This document shows positions 1 to 11,083 of a stretch of 64,000 nt of DNA, piece after piece. Both the position numbers and the translations under genes were made by a program. This DNA is from Alphaproteobacteria bacterium (lineage in GTDB: Bacteria > Pseudomonadota > Alphaproteobacteria > JAAXGF01), in contig CAUVXB020000002.1 of assembly GCA_963555825.3 (NCBI GenBank), positions 352,001 through 416,000 on the forward strand, in the 5' to 3' direction. The notes beneath the pieces were generated by a model. The model did not search any database. It saw only the letters and a program-made list of their open reading frames with translations, and was not told the origin of the DNA. The stretch's first letter is position 1. Each line of letters starts with the position of its first letter.

Positions 1-414
1 GATGCGGCTCGCCGGGCGGTCACCAACAACCGGACCCGGCTGTTATCGGGGGTGGCCAGGGAAGCCTTCAAGCTGCGCGCCGAGATCGTCGAGCGCTCCT
101 TTGCCCACAACCTCGATCGCGGCGGTATGCGCCGGACCTGGCTTCGGGGCCGCGAGAACGTGCACAAGCGATACCTGCTTCACGTCGCCGGCCACAACCT
201 ATCGTTGCTGATGCGCCAACTCATCGGCGCCGGCACCCCGAAGGAGGCCGTGGCGGGCGGAATTGGCGCCTTGTTCGTGCTTGTTACGCCCGCTGGAGCC
301 GTCCTGGTCGTTCAGATCGTCCTCATCGTCTCGGAGGATGGCGAAACCGCCTTCGCCGCGATATGCTTCGCCGTGGCGTGAAACCCGGTCAATGACGCCT
401 TTTTCAACGGGCTG
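1..414 (+). mobile_element. 3' end of an IS1182-family insertion sequence (transposase C-terminus to 381; element end about 414)
   Basis: ORF 52..381 carries ERSFAH..GGMRRTWLRGRENVHKRYLLHVAGHNL, typical of IS1182/DDE_Tnp_1_6 C-termini. It is followed by a TTTTTCAACGGGCTG end motif and TTA. Window-truncated. Confidence 0.8.
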
Positions 415-821
415 TTAAGGCTGGCGAAGACGTCACCCCAGTGCTCGAGGCGCGAGTTGTCGACCGGCTTGAGCAGGCCGGCGTCGCGCCAGCGCCGCGT
501 CGAATAGGTGCAGGGATGCGAGATGTCGGCCTGGAAGCCGGCGCGCATCTTCTGCATCGCCTCCTCCTCCTCGCCGAAGAAGCTGAAGGTCGGCGACTCG
601 CCGTGCTTGTCGATGTAGCCCTGGTGAAACTCGGGCAGCTCGTAGCCCGACCACTCGAACACCATAGGGTGGTTCAGCGCGCCGCGCGCCCATTGCGGCA
701 CGAGCGGCATGGCGACGGTGGCGAGGCCGACCGACGCCAGCACCCGGTTGAAGGCGCGGCGGTCGAGCTTACCCGCGCAGAGCTTGTCGACGAACTCGTT
801 CTTTTCCATTGGCTTGGTCAT
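415..821 (-). pseudogene. 5' part of a Tat-exported polyamine-type ABC substrate-binding protein (PotD/PotF-like), interrupted by the IS
   Basis: MTKPME..RRAFNRVLASVG (twin-Arg signal)..FEWSGYE..EEEAMQKMRAGFQADISHPC..LLKPVD. Family-like sequence stops exactly at the IS end. Confidence 0.75.
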
Positions 822-958
822 GGCGATCACTCCCTGGATGGACGCGCCCGTGCCAAGCCGCTCCGGCGAAGGCCAGACGCGTCGGTTACCCGGAGTGTGC
901 CACGATCGGCCGCATCTGCAAAGCGCGCGCGGCGCAGGGCAGCCATGCCGGTCGAGGG

Positions 959-1738
959 CTAGATCCCGCTGCCGCGGCCCGCGCCGATGCGCCCCAGCCC
1001 GGGCAGCTTGAGCGCCGGCTCGGTGACGTCGACGCCGAAGGTGAGACCCAGGACATTGATCTCGAGCCCCTCGTCGACGGCGATCATGACGCCGGCCAGG
1101 CCGAACAGCGAGACCTGCCAGCCGGTGCCGCTCGGCGCGCGCGCGAACAGGGCGCCGCCCGGCAGATAGTCCTTGCCGATCGCGGTCGGCGGCAGATCGA
1201 GGCTGAGCTCGGGCACCTGGCGCGCGACATAGGCGATGAAGGTGTTCGAGTTGGGGCCCGGCCAGACGCTGTAGCTGTCGTCGTAGGGATAGGCCTGGGC
1301 GGCGCGCTCGATGCGCTCGATGATCGCGTCGACGCCGTCGCCGCGCAGCTCGGCGATGACCTCGGGCGCGTTGCCGTACCACATGCCGTCGGCCGGGCGG
1401 TTACTGCGACTGACCGCGCCGCCGCCGCGCATGACGTTCCAGCCGATCACCTCGTAGACGGTGAAGGCCGGCGCGTCGGTCGGCTTGACCGCGAACCAGC
1501 TATGCACGCCGAAGGTGGCGCGCCAGCCGAACGCCCGCGCGACGTAGACCTGGACGATCGCCTCGGTCTCGGTCGCCGGGTCGGGCGCGATGCCGATCGA
1601 ATGCCGCGGCGCGGTGCGCCAGTCGTAGTTCTGTCCGAACACGCTCGCGTAACTCCCGATCAGCGGCGCCAAGATGACGGCGGCAACCACGCAGATGATA
1701 CGCCGCGTCTTACGAAAGCGCCTAATCGGCTTCGCCAT
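959..1738 (-). CDS. DUF3750 domain-containing protein
   Basis: WRTAPRHSIGIAPDP..VQVYVARAFGWR..HSW..YEVIGW..WPGPNSNTF motifs after an N-terminal hydrophobic segment. Confidence 0.8.
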   Translation of the reverse strand: MAKPIRRFRKTRRIICVVAAVILAPLIGSYASVFGQNYDWRTAPRHSIGIAPDPATETEAIVQVYVARAFGWRATFGVHSWFAVKPTDAPAFTVYEVIGWNVMRGGGAVSRSNRPADGMWYGNAPEVIAELRGDGVDAIIERIERAAQAYPYDDSYSVWPGPNSNTFIAYVARQVPELSLDLPPTAIGKDYLPGGALFARAPSGTGWQVSLFGLAGVMIAVDEGLEINVLGLTFGVDVTEPALKLPGLGRIGAGRGSGI

Positions 1739-2024
1739 ACGCGCCTCGCCCGTACTATCATTCTCGGCCATCACAGCAATATTGGCGGTCCGGCGCGGCG
1801 GAACAAGCCCTGAAGTGAAAAGTCCGCGCCGGCGGTCTGTACAAGGCGCGACCCGGTTCATAGACTGGCGCGGCCGTGACCGAACAATTCTCGACCGCCC
1901 GCTGGCTTGCCGCCTTCGCCGTCTACCGCGATCCGCGCGTCGTCGCCATCCTTTGCCTCGGTTTTTCGAGCGGCCTGCCGCTGCTACAGAAATCTTTGTC
2001 CGCGGCGCGGGACTTGGGGGGTCC

Positions 2025-3605
<1,581 letters not shown>

Positions 3606-3710
3606 CTCGCTTACATCGAACCTCGGTGGACGTTCGGCGATTGGTATGAGTCCCGTCGGCGTTGTCAGACGAACGCGATCCGGCCTCCGAAGGCGGCGAG
3701 GCGCTGAGTA

Positions 3711-4655
3711 TCAGGCGCCGGCGCGCCGGCGCGCGAGCGACCAGCCGATGATGGCGGCGAACACCACGGCGCCGCCGGCCATGGTCAGCGCGCCGGGCAC
3801 CTCGTCGACGAAGAGCCAGACCCAGAGCGGGCCGAGTATCATTTCGACCAGCGCGATCAACGTTATCTCGGCCGCCGGCACGTGGCGCGAGCCCAAGGTG
3901 AACAGCGCATGGCCCACACATGACAGGCAGCCGCCCCACAGGATGCACAGCACGATGTCGTGCAGCGATGGCGCGAGGTCGGCGGCCATGATGCCGCCGA
4001 TCGACATCGAGAAGAACGCGGCCCAGCAGACCGAGGCCAGCATGTCGACGTGGCTGTTGCGGCGCAGCGCGACGACGTAGAGCGCGAACAGCACGGCGGT
4101 CGCCAGCGCCAGCAGGTTGCCGATCACCGTGCCGCTGCCGAAGCCGTCGGCGACCATAACGGCGATGCCGACCATCGAGACGCCGATCGCGATCCAGGTC
4201 GCCCGGCGCACCCGCTCGCCCAGGATCGCCCAAGCGAAGACGGCGGCGAACATCGGCACCGACGAGAGCGTGAACAGCGTGTTGGCGACCGTCGTGTGGC
4301 TCAGGGCCTGGATGAAGCAGACACCCGCCAAACCGATCAGCGCGCCGGCCAGCATGGCGCTGGTGCCGGCGCGACGGAATTCGTGCAGCGCGCGGCGGCG
4401 GTGTCGGAAGACGAACAACAGGGACATGGCGACGCCCAGCGCGGCCGAGCGGTAGAAGATCACCTGCCACGGGCTGGCGTCGTCGATCTGGCGCAGGATC
4501 AACCCGTTGAAGCTGAGCAGGCAGGACGACATGAGCACGAAGCCGACCGCGCGCCGGTACTGCGCCGCCGTGTCGGCCGCGGCTTGCGGCAGAATGGCCG
4601 CCGCCACGCCGTCGGCCGGGGCGCGCAGGGCGGCGCCGGAGTCCGGACCGGCCAT
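3711..4655 (-). CDS. DMT/EamA-family transporter
   Basis: 10-TM double EamA pattern (ILGERV; E..LGPLWVWL..E.PG). Confidence 0.85.
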   Translation of the reverse strand: MAGPDSGAALRAPADGVAAAILPQAAADTAAQYRRAVGFVLMSSCLLSFNGLILRQIDDASPWQVIFYRSAALGVAMSLLFVFRHRRRALHEFRRAGTSAMLAGALIGLAGVCFIQALSHTTVANTLFTLSSVPMFAAVFAWAILGERVRRATWIAIGVSMVGIAVMVADGFGSGTVIGNLLALATAVLFALYVVALRRNSHVDMLASVCWAAFFSMSIGGIMAADLAPSLHDIVLCILWGGCLSCVGHALFTLGSRHVPAAEITLIALVEMILGPLWVWLFVDEVPGALTMAGGAVVFAAIIGWSLARRRAGA

Positions 4656-4762
4656 CAGCGCCCGGCCCGCCGGGCACGCCGGTTCTTTGCTTCGTCGCGC
4701 GGATACGCCATCATCGGCCGATTGAAGTCCAATCCCTCGCCTCTCGGGAGATTATTGCGCGC

Positions 4763-5734
4763 ATGGCTGTAATGCACCCCCCGCATGGCCGCGGCCAACC
4801 GCTCGTCGACCGGTCCCTCGCGCGCGCCGCGTTGGTCGCGCTCATGCTCGCCACGGGCCCGGCGGCGGCCTTCGACCCGTCGGCGCTCGACTCGGTGGTC
4901 AGCGTGTTGCCCGACTGGCCGTCCGGCGAGCCGCTGCCCGAGCGGCCCGAAGGCAGCGGCGTCGCGGTGATGACGGGCGGCTATATCGCGACCAACGACC
5001 ATGTGCTGGGCGCGGCGAAGAGTTTGCGCGTTAGGCTCGCCGACGGGCGCATCGTGGCGGCCGAGATCGTCGGCGTCGACCGGCTGACCGACATCGCGTT
5101 GATCAAGGCGCCGGTCGAACTGCCGCTGCGCGAGATCGCCCCGCCGCCACCGCTTGGCGCAACCGTCTGCGCGATCGGCAACCCGTTCGGCCTCGGCCTC
5201 TCGGTGACCTGCGGCGTGGTCTCGGCGGTGCACCGCACGGGCACCGGCTTCAACCCGATCGAGGACTTCATCCAGACCGACGCGACGGTCAACCCGGGCG
5301 CCTCGGGCGGCGCGCTCGTGGACGCCGACGGCCGCCTCGTCGGCATGGTCTCGGCGATCTTCACCAAGGGCGCCGACGCCGACATCGGCGTCAACTTCGC
5401 CGCCTCGATGCCGTTAGTCATGCGCGTCGTCGAGGACCTCGCCCGACACGGCCGCGTCATCCGCGCCAAGACGGGCCTGCGCGTCGCCGACCTCGACGAG
5501 GCCGACCGCGCGAGCCTCGTCGGCGCCCGCGTCACCCGCGCCGATCCGGGCGGGTCGGCCGACGCCGCGGGCCTTTCCGCCGGCGACGTCATCACTGCGA
5601 TCGGCGACCGCGCGATCCGCCGCGCCAGCGACGTCCCCAGCGCGCTCCACATGCACCGCCCGGGCGACCGCGTCGCCGTCGCCTACCTGCGCGACGGCAC
5701 ACGCCACGTCGCCGATTTCGAGCTTCGGCCGTGA
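4763..5734 (+). CDS. Periplasmic trypsin-like serine protease with one PDZ domain (HtrA/DegS-like)
   Basis: GSG..TNDHV, DIALIK, FIQTDATVNPGASGGAL catalytic motifs; signal peptide; C-terminal PDZ. Confidence 0.88.
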   Translation: MAVMHPPHGRGQPLVDRSLARAALVALMLATGPAAAFDPSALDSVVSVLPDWPSGEPLPERPEGSGVAVMTGGYIATNDHVLGAAKSLRVRLADGRIVAAEIVGVDRLTDIALIKAPVELPLREIAPPPPLGATVCAIGNPFGLGLSVTCGVVSAVHRTGTGFNPIEDFIQTDATVNPGASGGALVDADGRLVGMVSAIFTKGADADIGVNFAASMPLVMRVVEDLARHGRVIRAKTGLRVADLDEADRASLVGARVTRADPGGSADAAGLSAGDVITAIGDRAIRRASDVPSALHMHRPGDRVAVAYLRDGTRHVADFELRP

Positions 5735-5792
5735 CGCGCGCGCGGCTATATGATGGACGTGACATGTTGACGAAGCCAAAGGGGGGGAGCCG

Positions 5793-7046
5793 ATGAAAGT
5801 CGTCGTTCTGGGTGGCGGGGTCATTGGCATCACGACCGCCTACGAGCTCGCCAGGCGTGGCCACGAGGTCACCGTGGTCGAGCGCAATGCGGGGCCGGCC
5901 GAGGAGAGTAGCTACGGCAACGCCGGCATCATCGCACCGGGCCACGCCTATGCCTGGGCGTCGCCGCGCGCGCCGCTGATCCTGTTGCGCTCGCTGTGGC
6001 GCGACGACACCGCGCTTCGCTTCAAATTCAGCCTCGATCCGAAGCTCTACGCCTGGTCGCTGCGCTTCCTCGCCAACTGCACGGCGACGCGCAACCGCGC
6101 CAACACGCTCAACAAGCTGCGGCTCTGTATCTACAGCCGCGACGCGCTCAAGGCGCTGCGCGCCGACACCGGCATCGCCTATGACGAGACCACCGACGGC
6201 ACGCTCTATCTCTACCGCGACGCCGGCATGCTCGAGACCGGCATGGCCAACATGCAGCTGCTGACCGATCACGGGCTGAGTGGGCTGAAGGGCGTCTCGG
6301 CGGCGCGCTGCGCCGAGCTCGAGCCGGCGCTGGCGCCGGCCGTCGACCGCATCGCCGGCGCGATTCACTGCGCCTTTGACGAAAGCGGCGATTCGAACAA
6401 GCTGTGCCAGGGGCTGGTCGCCCTGATGGAAGACATCGGCGTGACCTTCCGCTGGGGCACCACGGTGACCGGTCTCGATGCCGAAGGTGACCGCATCGCG
6501 CGCGTTCTCACCGACAGCGGCGCGATGACCGGCGACGCCTACGTCATGTCGCTGGCGAGCTACACGCCGCTCGTTACGAAGGGCCTCGGCGTGCGCATGC
6601 CGATCTATCCGGTCAAGGGCTACTCGCTGACCGTTTCGTCCGAGGGCCACAACGGCGCGCCGGCGATGCCGGTCATCGACGAGCATAACCTGATCGCCTT
6701 CACGCCGATGGGCACGCGGTTGCGCGCCACCGCGACCGCCGAGTTCGCCGGCTACGACACCGGCTTCAAGCCGGCCGACTTCGGGCCGATGCTCAAGGTC
6801 GCGCGCGAGCTGTTCCCGGCCGGCGGCGACTACGACAAGCCGTCATACTTCGCCTGCCTGCGCCCGATGACACCCGACGGCCCGCCGGTGATCGGCGCCG
6901 GCCGCCATGCGAACCTCTACTACAACACCGGCCACGGCCACATCGGCTGGACCATGGCGGCCGGCTCGGCGCGCATCGCCGCCGACCTGGTCGACGGCCG
7001 CGCCCCCGACATCGACCTCGCCGGCCTGACGCCGGACCGGTTCTGA
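5793..7046 (+). CDS. dadA: D-amino acid dehydrogenase
   Basis: GGGVIG FAD motif, SYGNAG, YPVKGYS, LRPMTPDGPP, NTGHGHIGWTMAAGS. Confidence 0.85.
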   Translation: MKVVVLGGGVIGITTAYELARRGHEVTVVERNAGPAEESSYGNAGIIAPGHAYAWASPRAPLILLRSLWRDDTALRFKFSLDPKLYAWSLRFLANCTATRNRANTLNKLRLCIYSRDALKALRADTGIAYDETTDGTLYLYRDAGMLETGMANMQLLTDHGLSGLKGVSAARCAELEPALAPAVDRIAGAIHCAFDESGDSNKLCQGLVALMEDIGVTFRWGTTVTGLDAEGDRIARVLTDSGAMTGDAYVMSLASYTPLVTKGLGVRMPIYPVKGYSLTVSSEGHNGAPAMPVIDEHNLIAFTPMGTRLRATATAEFAGYDTGFKPADFGPMLKVARELFPAGGDYDKPSYFACLRPMTPDGPPVIGAGRHANLYYNTGHGHIGWTMAAGSARIAADLVDGRAPDIDLAGLTPDRF

Positions 7047-7080
7047 GCGTCCTCGGCGCCGCCCGAACTCCCGATTTTAT

Positions 7081-7149
7081 ATTATTAGTGTCAGACTCCT
7101 TTAATACCGTTGAAAAACAAAGAAATAAATGGTGTCCGACCCCATTATT
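7081..7149. repeat. AT-rich REP-like palindromic element, copy 1
   Basis: Arms TAGTGTCAGACTCC and GGTGTCCGACCCCATTATT; homologous to 36583..36655. Confidence 0.7.
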
Positions 7150-7185
7150 GTGAGACTCGCATGATTCGTGAACGTCGGCACCCGC

Positions 7186-8334
7186 TCAGAGCTTCTTGAA
7201 CTGCTTGCCGAGCGCGAGGCCCTGGCGCTGATAGGATGAGCCGATGCCGGCGCCGTAGAGCTTGTCGGGCACCGCCATCAGGCGCTCGTAGACCAGGCGG
7301 CCCATGGTCTGGCCGTGCTCGATGACGAACGGCACCTCGTGCGAGCGCACCTCGAGCACCGCGCGCGCCCCCGCCCCGCCCGCCTCGGCATGGCCGAAGC
7401 CGGGGTCGAAGAAGCCCGCGTAATGGACCCGGAACTCGCCGACCATGGTGTCGTAGGCGACCATCTCGGCGGCGTGGTCGGGCGGTACGTTGATCGGCTT
7501 CTCGGACGCCAGAATGTAGAAGTCGTCGGGCGTCAGGATCATGGCGTCTTCGCCCTCGGCGTGGATCGGCTTCCAGTACTCCAGCGGGTCGTAGTGGTCG
7601 ACCTTGTCGACGTCGATGATGTTGGTGTGCTGGCGCGCCTTGTAGCCGACCAGCCCGGTCGCCGGGTCGCCGCGCAGGTTGACCTTGATCGGCAGGCCGC
7701 CCGAGATCGCCTCCAGCTCGGTCTCCTCGATGAGCACCTGCTCGTCGTGCAGGCGGCGCATCTCGGTGTCGGTATACGACGGCCTGCCGCGCTTGAGCCG
7801 GATCTGCGCCAGCCGCGAGCCCTGGCGCACGACGACCGAGAAACCGCGCGGCGTGATCTCGGCGTAAAGCGGCCCCTTGTACTGCTCGGGCACGCGGTCG
7901 AACTCGGTGCCGCCGTCGGTGATCAGTCGGGTGAACACGTTGAGCCGGCCGATCGAGCTCTTCGGGCTGGCGATCGCCGAGAGCCGCTTGCCGAGGCGCA
8001 GGCTCTCCATCAGCGGCACGATGTAGACGCAGCCGCGCTCGAGCAGCGCGCCCTCGGTCAGGTCGATCTCGTGCATGCCGAAGGCGTCGATCTTGTCGCG
8101 CACCTTGTTGCCCTTGCCGGGCAGGAAGCTCGCGCGCACCCGGTAGGCGACCGCCCCCAGCCTGAGGTCGAGGCTGGCCGGCTGGATCTGGTCCTCCGGT
8201 ATGTCGACGATCGACTCGATCGCGCGCTCGCGGATCAACGCGCGGATCTCCTGCGACGGCACCGTGCCGGTCGTGCGCGTCTCCGCGCCGTCCACTTCGA
8301 GTTCGGGAAAAAGCGTCTCATGTGCCGCCAACAT
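7186..8334 (-). CDS. dcd: dCTP deaminase (long alphaproteobacterial type)
   Basis: QIQPASLDLRLG, PKSSIGRL, FYILAS, GEFRVHYAGFFDPGFG, LEVRSHEVPF, SYQRQGL. Confidence 0.9.
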   Translation of the reverse strand: MLAAHETLFPELEVDGAETRTTGTVPSQEIRALIRERAIESIVDIPEDQIQPASLDLRLGAVAYRVRASFLPGKGNKVRDKIDAFGMHEIDLTEGALLERGCVYIVPLMESLRLGKRLSAIASPKSSIGRLNVFTRLITDGGTEFDRVPEQYKGPLYAEITPRGFSVVVRQGSRLAQIRLKRGRPSYTDTEMRRLHDEQVLIEETELEAISGGLPIKVNLRGDPATGLVGYKARQHTNIIDVDKVDHYDPLEYWKPIHAEGEDAMILTPDDFYILASEKPINVPPDHAAEMVAYDTMVGEFRVHYAGFFDPGFGHAEAGGAGARAVLEVRSHEVPFVIEHGQTMGRLVYERLMAVPDKLYGAGIGSSYQRQGLALGKQFKKL

Positions 8335-8562
8335 GCCATTCCCCCTCGATGAAGCCGCGTCGCGCCCTCGACGCATCGTCGAATTATACTGAGATTAAGT
8401 TGAAATATCAACGACTTAGCCAAGCGCAACCAGCGGGCTTATCCACAATTCGATACACATGTTGGGCGCCGCCCAGCTGCCCGGATGGCTGCCGTTCCGA
8501 CGATATCCCCAGGTTCCACAGGGCGTGATCCCGCACCGTTGCCGGCGACGCGTCGCGTCTCT

Positions 8563-9360
8563 CTAGATCATCAGCAGGCGGCCGAAACCGGGCACCGGCT
8601 CGCGGTAACCGGCGAGCCTCAGCGCGTGCCACGCCATGGCGTGGTTGGACGACGTCACCGGCTTGCCGAGCTCGGCCTCGAGATCTTCGACGTACTCGAT
8701 CAGGCGCAGGTTGGTGCAGGAGACGAATACCGCGTCGACGCTCGGCTCGCGGCCCAACTCGAGCGCCGCGGCGCGCAGCGACGCGAGCGAGATGCGCCCG
8801 ACCTCGTTGTCGTTCTCGTTGTTGAACGAGCCCATCACCGGCACCTCGACGCCGCGCGCCTGGATGAAGTCGCGCATGGTCTGGTTGATCTCATCGATGT
8901 AGGGCGTCAACAGCGCGATGCGCTTGGCGCCGAGCGCCTCGAAGGCGGCCATCGCGCCGGTGATCGGCGTCGTGCACGGAACGCCCGGCCGCGATTCGCG
9001 AATGCGCGCGAAGACGTTCTCTTCGCCGATGATCATGGCGCCCGAGGTGCAGCCGTAGGCCACCACGTCGAGCGGCAGTCCGGGCAGGACGACCGATGCG
9101 GCCTCGCTCATGCGCTGCGCCATGGCGGCGAGCGTCTCGGGCGTGATCGTGCTGTCGTTGAGGATGCGGCTCTCGTAGAAGGCGACGCCCTCGATGTCGA
9201 GTATCTTGCGAAACTCGTGCTCGACGGTCTGGTCGGTGGCGAGCACGATGAGGCCGATCGCGGCGCGGTGGCCGATGCTCGGGTCGAGCTCGAACGGCAT
9301 ATATGTCTTGTTGACCAGGCCGGCGCTCTCGCCGACCACGGTCGCCGCTGCTTGGGCCAT
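8563..9360 (-). CDS. Asp/Glu racemase / maleate cis-trans isomerase family protein (EutA-like)
   Basis: IGLIVLATDQTVE, YGCTSG, LTPY, FVSCTNL, SSNHA. Confidence 0.85.
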   Translation of the reverse strand: MAQAAATVVGESAGLVNKTYMPFELDPSIGHRAAIGLIVLATDQTVEHEFRKILDIEGVAFYESRILNDSTITPETLAAMAQRMSEAASVVLPGLPLDVVAYGCTSGAMIIGEENVFARIRESRPGVPCTTPITGAMAAFEALGAKRIALLTPYIDEINQTMRDFIQARGVEVPVMGSFNNENDNEVGRISLASLRAAALELGREPSVDAVFVSCTNLRLIEYVEDLEAELGKPVTSSNHAMAWHALRLAGYREPVPGFGRLLMI

Positions 9361-9548
9361 GGTGAAAGCCTCCTTCGTCAGCGCGGTCTCTAGGCCCATT
9401 CTAACGTTTCATTCGCCAAACGTCACGCGGGGCGTCACTCGATCGCCGCCGTCGGCCGGCGGCGCCACGAGCATGCGCACCAATGTATCGATCGTCTCGT
9501 TTAGCGCGTCGTCGTGATCGATGACGCTGGTGCGCGGGCGCCAACAAA

Positions 9549-9810
9549 TACCAAGGATCAGTGATAAAGGCCCATAGAGATCGCGTCCGCTTTTCGCCGG
9601 TGAGGCAAGGCAGCCGCGGGCGATGCAGCGCATCGGCTAGGCAACCTGGCGCCCTCCGGCGATAAGCGGACGAGACCCGAAGGGCGGCTTGCCGAGGCTC
9701 TCGGACGTCGTTGCGCCCGTCTTGCGATGCGCTGCATCGCCGTGACGGGCGCGCCTAGCCGAGAACCACGGCAAGACGTCTCTAGGGGCCTTTATCACTG
9801 ATCCTTGGTA
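9549..9810. mobile_element. MITE with TA termini and perfect 25-bp terminal inverted repeats (IS630/Tc1-like)
   Basis: TACCAAGGATCAGTGATAAAGGCCC (9549-9573) is the exact reverse complement of 9786-9810. Internal inverted repeat GCGATGCAGCGCATCG / CGATGCGCTGCATCGC. No transposase. Confidence 0.8.
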
Positions 9811-9883
9811 TGGGCTCTGCATCGGGGCTGGCCGAACGGCCGGTCGACCGCTACCATCCTGCGCCAACACGGGGTCACGGCGC

Positions 9884-10894
9884 ATGAAAGTCATCGAATT
9901 TGGGCGCTTCGGCGCGCCACACGAAGTCTGCCGCTGCATCGACGTCGACGCGCCCGGACCGCCCGGCGCCGACGAACTCGTCGTCGAGATCGCCGCCTGC
10001 CCGATAAACCCGGCCGATCTTCTGACCATCGCGGGCAGCTATCCCGGGCCGACCGAGTTGCCGGCGCGGGCCGGCATCGAGGGCGCCGGCTGCGTCGTCG
10101 CGCTGGGCGACGACATCACCGCCTTCGCGGTCGGCGATCCGGTGATCAGCCTGGTGCGCGCCAACTGGGCCCAACGCGTCACGTTGAAGGAAAGCCAGGC
10201 GATCAAGCTGCCCGCGGGCATCGACATGCGGCAGGCGGCGATGCTCAAGGCGAACCCGGCGAGCGCGCATCTCATGCTCGACACCCACGTCGGGCTGAAG
10301 GACGGCGTCGCGCTGAAGGACGGCGACTGGGTCATCCAGAACGCCGCAAACTCGGCGGTCGGCCGTCACGTCATCGCGCTCGCCCGGGCGCGCGGGCTGC
10401 ACACCGCGAACGTCGTTCGCCGTGAAGCGCTGGTCGCCGAGCTCCAGGCGATCGGCGCCGACGTCGTCGTCGTCGATGGCGACGATCTCACCGAACGGGT
10501 CGCGACGGCGAGCGGTGGCGCGCCCATCGCGCTGGCGCTCGACGCCATCGGCGGGGCGGCCACGATGCGCCTCGCCGGCTGCCTGGCCGACGGCGGCACC
10601 GTCGTCAACTACGGTTTCCTCGCCGGCGCGCCCTGCATGATCGACACGCACCAGGCGATCATCCATGGCATCAGCCTGACCGGCTTCTGGCTCGCGCCGA
10701 TGATCGGCCGGCTGCCGCGCGCCGAGATCGAGGCCATGTACGGCAAGCTCGCCGCGTACATGGCCGACGGCACCATTGCGGCGCCGATCGAGGCGAGCTA
10801 TGGCCTGGATGATATCGGCGACGCCTTCGCGCATGCCGCGCGCGAGCGCCGCGCCGGCAAAATCCTGTTGACGCCGAACGGTCCGATACGTTGA
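9884..10894 (+). CDS. MDR-family trans-2-enoyl-thioester reductase-like oxidoreductase
   Basis: PINPADL..G.YP, GIEG.G, ANPASA, VIQNAANSAVG, GFWL, GKILL. Confidence 0.85.
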   Translation: MKVIEFGRFGAPHEVCRCIDVDAPGPPGADELVVEIAACPINPADLLTIAGSYPGPTELPARAGIEGAGCVVALGDDITAFAVGDPVISLVRANWAQRVTLKESQAIKLPAGIDMRQAAMLKANPASAHLMLDTHVGLKDGVALKDGDWVIQNAANSAVGRHVIALARARGLHTANVVRREALVAELQAIGADVVVVDGDDLTERVATASGGAPIALALDAIGGAATMRLAGCLADGGTVVNYGFLAGAPCMIDTHQAIIHGISLTGFWLAPMIGRLPRAEIEAMYGKLAAYMADGTIAAPIEASYGLDDIGDAFAHAARERRAGKILLTPNGPIR

Positions 10895-11083
10895 CTATCA
10901 CAGATTCAGCGTCTGGCATCGGCGCGACGAATTGTCGATGACGTCCATCGATCTGGATTAGAATGCGCCGCCCGCTCACAATGAGATGCTTCATGTCGCG
11001 ACGACGACCAACCGATTTGACGGTTTTCCGCGCGGCTCCCGCGCCGCGACGAAATCGGCGCCGACGGTAGGGGGACCGGAGGA

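Noticed and set aside
8400-8540. Possible riboswitch or ncRNA upstream of dcd
   Set aside because: I could not recognise SAM-II, 6S or other family motifs; an Infernal/Rfam search would be needed.
9884-10894. Possible AcuI acrylyl-CoA reductase linked to the DddP-like gene
   Set aside because: The motifs fit the enoyl-thioester reductase subgroup rather than YhdH/AcuI, and the gene is 20 kb away.
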